This document shows positions 1 through 7,683 of a stretch of 13,296 nt of DNA, piece after piece. The position numbers were made by a program, and so were the translations under genes. Below the pieces are notes generated by a model. That model saw only the letters and a list, made by a program, of their open reading frames with translations, searched no databases and was not told the origin of the DNA. Source of the DNA: Octopus sinensis (Eukaryota); NCBI RefSeq assembly GCF_006345805.1, contig NW_021826185.1, positions 1-13,296 of the forward strand. Reading direction: 5' to 3'. Each line of letters opens with the position of its first letter. Within the stretch, counting starts at the first letter, position 1.

Positions 1-318
<318 letters not shown>

Positions 319-762
319 TGCAGGAAAATAGCTCTGAGAATTTGTAAATAAATATGCCAAATAATCAAGGTGAGGTAGCGGGTGGTGTGGGTAAAGATTC
401 GGAGAATGAATGCTATCTGCTTCCAACAATATCTCATGATATGCGCGAGCACACACGTGTGTCCCATACTCCCACACAGAGTTCACACGCTTAACGGAAT
501 TCCTTCCTCACTAAGAAATAAACATAAAATCAAGTCTACCTAAGAACGCTAATCTGTTGGTTGGTACAATAGCATCCACTCCTTGCCCCTTAGCGAAATG
601 AACCCCAGTTCTTCTGAACCATATGTTTGTTGTTTTGAATGTGTTCAGTATTTATAATGCCAAATGTCTTTTGGTGTTGTTTTATGCAGCATATTTTACA
701 CGCCTCGTCAGTGATTTGTATATCTCTTATGAACTAACAACTACTTAGCGCTTTTTTAAAAA

Positions 763-905
763 TCTTTTATCTTTATTTGTTTCAGTCATTGCATTACGCC
801 CATACTGGTGCACCGCTTTGGAATGTTGAAAAGTACTCATGATCATTTTTTTTCTTAAAGTCTGATATTTATTTTATCGGTCTGTTTTGCCGAACTGTTT
901 CGTAT
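763..905 (-). mobile_element. Degenerate 3' fragment of the tRNA/CORE-type SINE family also at 6678-7184
   Basis: TTTCAGTCATTGCATTACGCCCATACTGGTGCACCGC and TTTATCGGTCTGTTTTGCCGAACTG align by eye to 6698-6815 (TTTCAGTCATTTGACTGCGGCCACGCTGGAGCACC ... CTATCGGTCTCTTTTGCAGAACTG). Confidence 0.7.
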
Positions 906-1241
906 GGAATCTTATTGGGGGATTCGTTGCCGTTCTTGCTTCGTACATTTCATTTGTGGTCAGGTGTTAAACACCAGTACCTGGCCCTTGGGGAATATTC
1001 GGGGAATCCATTTTCTTACAAGCACTCTAGCTGGAGCTCCCTTTTGAGGATTAATTTCCGTCTTCCTCCCGCGGAACAATGAAAGAGGCCATAGGCAAAA
1101 AAATTTTTAAAAACCCCCAAAAACCCCCAAAACACAGGGTGTGACAGAAAGGACAGAAAAACCTCATATTTTATACGACCACTACTATTGCGCTAGTGGA
1201 GTTAAACAGACAGTATAGATACTTTAATGTACCTAATGTTT

Positions 1242-1835
1242 AAAAAAAAATAATAATAAATGCGCTCTTTTTAAAGCCTTTAAGGTTCATGGGCCAGGTT
1301 TCCCGGTTTCTATGGCGTATGTTAGTTAGTTAATTTTTTGGCTCAAAAAGCAAAGAGCAAGGCCATGTAGGGGGACATGGAGTTATGTACAAGATGGTGT
1401 TCATGCAAAGCGTTCAGGCCATTTCTGGTCAAGGGAGACTTTGAACAAAGCGGTCGTCGGCATCTTCACCATCTCCTCTGGCAGCTTATTTCACGGATCC
1501 GCAACCCGGACGGAGAAAGCTCCTCTCCTTCGATTGAGATGAAAACGTCGCAGATAGAGCTTTTCGGAGTGACCCCGCAGCCGACGCTCTGGAGCAGGAG
1601 TGAAGAACAGCTCTTTCGAGAGGTTACACTTTCCGCTTATGATGTATGTGTTCCCCAGCTGGACGGGACGCCAGTCCATCGCAGCGTTACTCATTTTCGC
1701 CAGCTGAGTGGACTGGAGCAACGTGAAATGAAGTGTTTTGCTCAAGAACACAACGCGTCGCCCAGTCCCGGAATCGAAACTACAATCTTACGATCATGAT
1801 GCTGGCACCCTAACCACTAAGCCACGCGCCTGCAC
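1242..1835 (-). mobile_element. tRNA-derived SINE (family 2, copy 1) with 12-bp TSD, split by a LINE insertion
   Basis: The minus strand starts GTGCAGGCGCGTGGCTTAGTGGTTAGGG (A-box-like) and contains GTTTCGATTCC (B-box-like), then TGTGTTCTTGAGCAAAACACTT (CORE-like) and GCGATGGACTGGCGTCCCGTCCAG. The exact direct repeat TACCTAATGTTT lies at 1230-1241 and 1836-1847. A second copy is at 12552-12794. Confidence 0.85.
1323..1643 (-). mobile_element. 5'-truncated CR1/L2-group LINE: ORF2 C-terminus, 3' UTR and (TAAC)n tail
   Basis: Minus-strand translation IISGKCNLSKELFFTPAPERRLRGHSEKLYLRRFHLNRRRGAFSVRVADP*NKLPEEMVKMPTTALFKVSLDQKWPERFA* follows the CR1-type C-terminal pattern RGH..KL......R...FS.RV...WN.LP.......S...FK..LD. 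The W of WNKLP is now TGA (1491-1493) and the natural stop is at 1401-1403. The 6-bp direct repeat GTATGT lies at 1317-1322 and 1644-1649. Confidence 0.85.
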
Positions 1836-2232
1836 TACCTAATGTTTTACCGTTTTATTTAAAATTATCGTTATTGGTTAAAACCCGTGGACAAAATGTG
1901 GGAGGTTTTTGTCGCACCCAGGACTTCTATCATATCAAATTGCGTTTATTACTTATTGCTACGTTCACATTTAGAAATCGGATTGTTACATGGCTTCAGT
2001 TTTTTTTTTCTTAGGCCGCAGGAAAAGATACACAAAATAGTTATTTTCCACGTCTTTAAAACCCAATTATTCTTGATTTGCAATTGTTTGCCGAGTGATT
2101 CGCTCTCGTATCGATTATTGATACGAGAACAAATATTTGCGTTTCGACAGACATTATAAAAATAGCGCAGGATTCTCCCACGATGCAGTCTTAGTTTGTC
2201 AAAATGGCCGCCGCTGACCATGTTTCTACTAC

Positions 2233-2458
2233 AACACAAGCATGTCAGTGTGGTTAAGAAGCTCGATTTGAAGGCGTATGGTTCCGGGTTCGGTCCCACT
2301 ATGCGGTACCATATGTCAATTGTATTCTACTATAGGCTCTGTCCGACCAATATCTAGTGAGTGAATCAGACGGAAACTATGTAGAATCCCGCCGTACACA
2401 CACACACACGCACACATCTATCTATCTATACACACACACACACACACATCTATCTATC

Positions 2459-2517
<59 letters not shown>

Positions 2518-2803
2518 ACATACATAAATAGACGCAGGTGTATATATATATATATATGTGTGTGTGTGTATGTGTGTATGTGTGTATGTGTGTGTGTATG
2601 TGTGTGTGTGTGTGTATATGCGCGCACGATTGTCTTAGTTTCTGTGTCTGTACCCATCACCACTTGACAACCGGTGTTGGTGAGTTTACGTCCCCGTAAC
2701 ATAGCGGTTCGGCAAAAGAGTCTTGTTCGACTAAAACTCTTCGAGGTGGTGCTCCAGCATGGCCGCAGTCAGACGACTGAAGCAAAGTAAAAGACTAAAA
2801 GAA
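2233..2803 (+). mobile_element. tRNA/CORE-type SINE (family 1, copy A) with internal microsatellite
   Basis: Head GTGTGGTTAAGAAGC...GGTTCCGGGTTCGGTCCCACT, CA/TA/TG microsatellite at about 2394-2618, and tail CTTGACAACCGGTGTTGGTG...CATGGCCGCAGTCAGACGACTGAAGCAAAGTAAAAGA. It is the reverse complement of the 6678-7184 copy, with about 50 bp deleted after GCAAAAGAG. Probably one of the octopus OR-type CORE-SINEs (name from memory, unverified). Confidence 0.85.
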
Positions 2804-2836
2804 TAGTCCCAAACTGATCGCACTCGGGAATCCAAC

Positions 2837-2843
2837 TATAAAG
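2837..2843 (+). promoter_or_regulatory. Possible TATA box upstream of the candidate first exon
   Basis: TATAAAG lies about 120 nt upstream of the ATG at 2963. Motif only, with no transcript evidence. Confidence 0.2.
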
Positions 2844-2962
2844 TGCAGTCAGAGGTTGGTTCCGATAAGACCCTATTGCGGGGGTGTCTGAGGACTCTAC
2901 CCCTCCCTCCCACCTCGACCCTCCCGAGAACAGTGAGCGGAGAAGATGGATGGACGGATAAG

Positions 2963-2970
2963 ATGATCGT
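2963..2970 (+). CDS. Candidate first coding exon (Met-Ile-Val, phase 2) of the unidentified secreted/membrane protein
   Basis: aagATG ATC GT is followed by a perfect GTAAGT donor (2971-2976), with A at -3. The phase matches the acceptor at 7247 and the join reads MIVLLYLFAFCVTLKFFENYVQG, which is signal-peptide-like. The pairing is inferred. Confidence 0.4.
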
Positions 2971-3110
2971 GTAAGTATCTTGATAATGTTCGTAATGTTA
3001 GTATAATGCGAGAATTTTCACAAAAACACAATGCAAGCAAAATAAAATAAAAAAACAAAAACAAAAACAAACCAAAATATACATCATGGAATTTTTATTA
3101 ATAAAAACGC

Positions 3111-3476
3111 ATATCACACAAAACTTAAGAGATATAACATCCTAGCAACTAACAAACATTTATCGCACCCTTGTAACAGATTAAGACTCAGATACCCGTC
3201 CAACCCATGCTAGCAAGGAAAACAGACGTTAAACGATGATGATGATGATGATGATGGATGATGATGATGATATCACATCTTAGTACCGAAGTCTTACAAA
3301 TGTATACACTATATACTAGTAGCACACTAAAATACAAATATCGCACCCTAGCGACAATTGGGTGTTTAGATATCACACCCAGTCCACAAATTAACTTACA
3401 GATATCACAAGCTAACAGCAATCTATCACATCAGTTATTTCAGTCTAGCAATAAACTAGCGCACAGGTTATCACAT
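3111..3476. repeat. Degenerate minisatellite, period about 30 bp, anchored on (GA)TATCRCA
   Basis: Anchor motifs at about 3111, 3131, 3161, 3269, 3338, 3369, 3401, 3424 and 3470, often followed by CCCTAGC-like sequence. Confidence 0.55.
3195..3271 (+). mobile_element. Severely 5'-truncated retroposon 3' end with (GAT)n tail
   Basis: CCCGTCCAACCCATGCTAGCAAGGAAAACAGACGTTAAAC followed by (GAT)n. I recall this as a common octopus retroposon terminus; family not assigned. Confidence 0.6.
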
Positions 3477-3570
3477 GGCCAGCTGTTTTGCTCAAAAGAG
3501 TTTTCCAAACGTTTGAAAAGCTCTTTTAACGAAACATTTGGCCATGCATCACGAATCATTTTCTTTCAAG

Positions 3571-3571
<1 letters not shown>

Positions 3572-3601
<30 letters not shown>

Positions 3602-3678
3602 TGTATGTATGTATGCATGTATTTGGCATGTATGTTTGCATGTATGTATGTATCCATGCATGTATATGTATATATATA
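3572..3678. repeat. (TATG)n microsatellite decaying into TA
   Basis: Seen directly. Confidence 0.9.
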
Positions 3679-3930
3679 TCCATTATATAAAATCCGTTCT
3701 GTCTGTGTGTGTGTGTTTTCTAGGATCCCGGGCATCCTCCATCCAATTGCGCTCAAATTTGATACGTAGATACCGACGGTATCAGGGCGTCTATAAGTCT
3801 TGAAAAAATTACAAAAATCGATTCCAGGTGAGGATGCGATCGATAAAGCCGTGGGAACGTGCATTTGTAAAATCGTTTTTCTTGGGATAGAAAAAAGCCT
3901 ATCTTTATTTCTTTCTTTTGCTGGTGTCTC
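3679..3930 (+). mobile_element. Probable 5' part of a non-autonomous Helitron-type element
   Basis: Starts A|TC, then ATTATATAAAAT, a short CTGT/GTGT repeat, then CCAATTGCGCTCAAATTTG. This layout is typical of small animal Helitron derivatives (Lep1/DINE-like). No 3' hairpin-CTRR end was found. Confidence 0.5.
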
Positions 3931-3945
3931 AAATTTAGGTTAAAT

Positions 3946-4010
3946 CAGTGTTTCTCAAAGGGGAGGCCTATAGGACGGTCGGACAAGTTAAGTTGTTTTG
4001 AGAAAATTTG
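3946..4010. mobile_element. 65-bp hAT-like miniature element
   Basis: Left end CAGTGTTTCTCAAA; right end TTTGAGAAAATTTG (11/14 to the expected reverse complement). The 8-bp flanks GGTTAAAT (3938-3945) and GTTTAAAT (4011-4018) match 7/8. Confidence 0.45.
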
Positions 4011-4067
4011 GTTTAAATGTTTGACAACTCAGCACCGTCCATTGGACGGGGGGACCCTTTTGCTCGA

Positions 4068-4080
4068 ATATATATATATT

Positions 4081-4115
<35 letters not shown>

Positions 4116-4262
4116 TATAATATATATATATTAATATATTATATGTATTTATGAGCGTATGTATGTATGCATGCATGTATGTATGTATGTATGCATGTGT
4201 GTAGGTAGGTAGGTAGCTAGGTAGGTATATATTTATGAACGTATGTATATATAAATATATAT
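4068..4262. repeat. Compound (TA)n/(TATG)n/(TAGG)n microsatellite
   Basis: Seen directly. Confidence 0.9.
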
Positions 4263-4783
4263 GCAAAAATTGCTTTTTATTCAGTTTGTCTGTTTTATAT
4301 TAAGTTACCTAGTTCCATTTAATTTACGACTCACTCTACCGGATCGTTGCTTTAGACTACATTTCAGATACAAATGTTGAGAAATAATTCTATTGGTAAC
4401 TCTCGGTTCACCTAAAATCAAACTTCATGATGCTCTTTGCAATTGCTGTTCCGTGCAAAATATTTAGGAATCCTGAAAAATTCCAGCCACATTTCGTTCG
4501 ACGACAGCTCATCGTTTATAGGCCTATGTTGTTGCTAATGAATACGAGCTTCGTAAATTCGATTTATGTTCTTCGTATTTATTTCCCCGCTGATGAAGGG
4601 TCCACTTGTGTGTTTGTATAATTGTAATCAGTTTGTCCGGAACACAATTTATGTTTCTGGTAAAATATTTGTGGATATTTTAAACAATAGAATTGTCTTT
4701 TTTTTTCTTATTAAATTTTTGTTTTTTTTCTTATTCTCCTGTCCTACATACTTCATTGACTTATGAATTATATTGCTCTGAAA

Positions 4784-4866
<83 letters not shown>

Positions 4867-4889
4867 GCTATCTAGCTATCTATCTATCT
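4784..4889. repeat. (CTAT)n = (GATA)n tetranucleotide microsatellite
   Basis: Near-perfect array with CTAG variants at the right end. Confidence 0.95.
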
Positions 4890-5135
4890 GCCTGTGTGTC
4901 TGTCTGTCTATAAATATTTGTTTCTGTTTGAATCTATAAACGAAAATGATTATAAGATTAAGCTAAAGGATCACTCAGTACGTTTTAGTAGAGTTCAAGA
5001 TTATTAATTTTTACATGGAAAAAACGTTGACAGTAACTTCGAAACTTCGTCCCACGCACCGTCAACAATCATTCTGATGACGGCAAGGAAACCAACGTTT
5101 CGAGACTCTGACAACCGTGCTTTTGTAAAATTAGG

Positions 5136-5186
<51 letters not shown>

Positions 5187-5398
5187 TGTGTGTGTGTGTA
5201 AATATACACACGTATATATATATATATATATATATAGATATATATATATATATATACATATACGTATATATATATACATATATATGTATATATATGCATG
5301 TTTGTGTGCGTTTATGCAAGTATGGTGCAAATATATAATAAATATATGTGTGTGTGTGTGTGTGTGCATTTGTACACCAACACACACACACACACAAC
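5136..5398. repeat. Compound (GT)n(GA)n(GT)n(TA)n(GT)n(CA)n microsatellite
   Basis: Seen directly. Confidence 0.92.
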
Positions 5399-5400
5399 AT

Positions 5401-5698
5401 GGGAGAAAGAGAAAGGCGGGAGAGAGAGATAGAGGAGGGAGAGGAAGTAAGGAAAAGAAGGTGAAGATAGGAGCGCGAGAGAGAGGAGAGCGAGTAAAGC
5501 GAAGAGACGAGAACGAGAGAGAGAGGAGAGAGAGAAAGAGAGAGATGAGAGGAGCGAGAGAGAGAGAGAGGGAGAGACTGAGAGGGAGAGAGAGAGAGAG
5601 AGGAGAGAGAGAGAGCGCGGAGAGGAGACAGAGAGAAGAGGGAGGAGGGAGAGCAGAGAGAGGAAGAAGAGAGAGAGACGTGGAGAGAGAGATGGATT

Positions 5699-5764
<66 letters not shown>
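5401..5764. repeat. Purine-rich GA tract ending in perfect (GA)32
   Basis: Strong + strand purine bias; perfect GA repeat at 5701-5764. Confidence 0.92.
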
Positions 5765-5766
<2 letters not shown>

Positions 5767-5871
5767 CGCGTTTCCCTAAGCAAACTAGAGATAACCACTT
5801 CACGCAGCAGACGTGGTTCGATCGAAACTGCTGTTTCACTCAGTCGCTACTCAAAGTTTCTTACAATCTGC

Positions 5872-6012
5872 TATCATCACCACCACCACACCACCACCAC
5901 CACCACCACCATCATCATCATCATCGTCATCATCATCTTTCATCATCATCATTATCATCATCGTCATCATCATCTTTCATCATCATCATCATCATCATCG
6001 TCATCATCATCT

Positions 6013-6060
<48 letters not shown>

Positions 6061-6061
6061 T

Positions 6062-6097
<36 letters not shown>

Positions 6098-6150
6098 TTT
6101 CATCATCATCATCATCATCACCACCACCATCACCACCATCACCATTATCA
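5872..6150. repeat. (CAC)n/(CAT)n trinucleotide array with a 37-bp higher-order unit
   Basis: CATCTTT interruptions end at 5940, 5977, 6014, 6063 and 6100 (spacing 37, 37, 49, 37). Confidence 0.92.
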
Positions 6151-6677
6151 ACGACGATGACGACGGCGAACGAATGGACGGACGGACACCGCCGACAAAT
6201 AACGACGACGCCAGCGCCTTCGTCGTCGTCGGTCAGCGTCTATATGGCCATTAAACAAAATGCGAAAAGGATACATCCTTGTCGTACCCCCGGCTCAATC
6301 TTAAAACACTCAACGTAGCACAAATTAATTTTGATGGCTCGCCGTATCCTGAGAATAAACTGACAATACTAATTCTATAAAAGGCTGAAGAAATCCCATT
6401 TCTGTCATCACTGATCATAATTCTTCACGAATATCAGTGTCAAAAGCTTTTTAATAGTCAATATAAGCAATAAATAATTCTCTATCATTTTCCACTTGTT
6501 CCCTCTTCCAGTTTCGAAACCCTAACGCTTCCTCCGCTATTTCTATTTCCCAGTTCATTTTAATTCTAATAACAATGACCTTCAAGTATGATTCACAGAA
6601 ATAATTTATCAGTTCAAATGTTCCGTTCCTCTTGTATTTCTATGGAGTCTCCTTGTTTTCTTTTTTATATTTATTTA

Positions 6678-6902
6678 CTCTTTTACGCTTTTACTTGTTT
6701 CAGTCATTTGACTGCGGCCACGCTGGAGCACCTCCTTTAGTCGAGCAAATCGACACCAGGACTTATACTTTGTAAGCCTAGTACTTATTCTATCGGTCTC
6801 TTTTGCAGAACTGCTAGGTTACGGGGACGCAAACACACCAGCATCGGTTGTCAAGCGATGTTGGAGGGACAAGCACGGACACACAAACATATACACACGT
6901 AT

Positions 6903-6934
<32 letters not shown>

Positions 6935-6964
6935 GCACAGGCACACAAACATATACACACGTAT

Positions 6965-7038
<74 letters not shown>

Positions 7039-7184
7039 TTTTCCGTCTATAAATCCACTCACAAGGCTTTGGTTGACCCGAGGCTATAGTAGAAGACACT
7101 TGTCCAAGGTACCGCGCTGAGGGACTGAGCACGGAACCGTGGGGTTGGTAAGCAAGCTTCTTACCACACGGTCACTCCTGCGCC
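6678..7184 (-). mobile_element. tRNA/CORE-type SINE (family 1, copy B), the best-preserved copy
   Basis: The minus strand starts GGCGCAGGAGTGACCGTGTGGTAAGAAGC, then GGTTCCGTGCTCAGTCCC (B-box region), CCTTGGACAAGTGTCTT (CORE-like), an internal TA/TATG microsatellite and a (TAAAAG..)n tail. The 10-bp direct repeat TATTTATTTA at 6668-6677 and 7185-7194 is low complexity, so only moderate support as a TSD. Confidence 0.9.
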
Positions 7185-7247
7185 TATTTATTTATCATTC
7201 GTTTTCCTTCTTTTATTCTCTCTCTTTTCTTTTGTTTCAATCTTTAG

Positions 7248-7508
7248 ACTGTTGTACCTTTTCGCATTCTGTGTCACGCTGAAGTTCTTTGAGAACTACG
7301 TTCAGGGTACAGATGTCTGCGGAGTGCTCAGCCACTTGCACGTTTATTTCATGAGCAGGCTGTTCTGCAGATTGGATCAACTGGAGCCCTCGTCGTCGCA
7401 ACCGACGAAGTGCCAATTTTATCCGAGCGACTATAATAGTCTCCTCTCCCAAATATCCACATATCCTGATGAAAGGGTTCTAACCCCACAGTATCGTAGA
7501 AATACCAG
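7248..7508 (+). CDS. Coding exon (261 nt, phase 2-2) of an unidentified protein: hydrophobic N-terminal segment then three Cys
   Basis: Long polypyrimidine tract (about 7200-7245) then TTTAG acceptor; AG|GTAAAA donor; open frame LLYLFAFCVTLKFFENYVQGTDVCGVLSHLHVYFMSRLFCRLDQLEPSSSQPTKCQFYPSDYNSLLSQISTYPDERVLTPQYRRNT. 40 of the first 55 codons end in G/C against an AT-rich background. Protein family not recognised. Confidence 0.65.
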
Positions 7509-7638
7509 GTAAAACTTCAACCGCTGGTCTGTCTTCACTCTCGTAGTTCGCATTTACATTTCACTTCGCGTTGTTTCGACATGAACAAGTTTTTATATAA
7601 TTTCGATTATTTTTTTTAATATTTTGATACTAAACAAA

Positions 7639-7683
7639 GGACCACTGATGCGGTCACAGGAGTGTGACGAAAGAACTCTGGCC
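7639..7683 (+). ncRNA. Degenerate minimal type I hammerhead ribozyme motif (Penelope-like element type)
   Basis: GGACCA [CTGATGC] G GTCACA-GGAG-TGTGAC [GAA] AGAAC TC TGGCC: stem I, core box, perfect 6-bp stem II, GAAA, tiny stem III and UC cleavage site in the correct order. Deviations: core A9 is C, and stem III AGAACT is one base from the palindrome AGATCT. Confidence 0.6.

Noticed and set aside
324-369. Possible 46-nt exon (TTGCAG acceptor, CAAG|GTGAGG donor) and a 46-codon ORF from ATG 354
   Set aside because: All three frames contain stops when read from the acceptor, there is no polypyrimidine tract, and the peptide is not recognisable. A non-coding exon cannot be excluded.
1377-1799. 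140-aa + strand ORF
   Set aside because: It is the antisense of the CR1 fragment and SINE; the protein signal is on the minus strand.
1740-1835. tRNA-like A/B boxes at SINE heads (also about 2240, 7100-7184 and 9537)
   Set aside because: They continue into SINE bodies and do not form complete cloverleaves, so they are not tRNA genes.
2104-2128. 9-bp hairpin TCTCGTATC/GATACGAGA, and a YY1-like AAAATGGCCGCC at 2201-2212
   Set aside because: Isolated short motifs with no supporting context.
4586-4610. CTGATGAAGGGTCC, a hammerhead-like first box
   Set aside because: No stem II partner or GAAA box follows.
5074-5105. CTGATGA...GAAAC CAAC GTTTC, hammerhead-like boxes
   Set aside because: Stem II and stem I cannot form.
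5004-6318. Long ORFs of 175-376 aa rich in ER, LS, poly-His and poly-Ser
   Set aside because: They are translations of (GA)n, (TA)n and (CAT)n, which lack stops in several frames; the 3n+1 units scramble the frame.
7237-7452. Minus-strand 71-aa ORF overlapping the exon
   Set aside because: The splice signals and GC3 bias favour the + strand frame; treated as a shadow ORF.
7465-7486. CTGATGA-AA-GGGT TCTA ACCC hairpin inside the exon
   Set aside because: Lacks the GAAA box after the stem; most simply the codons for PDERVLTP.
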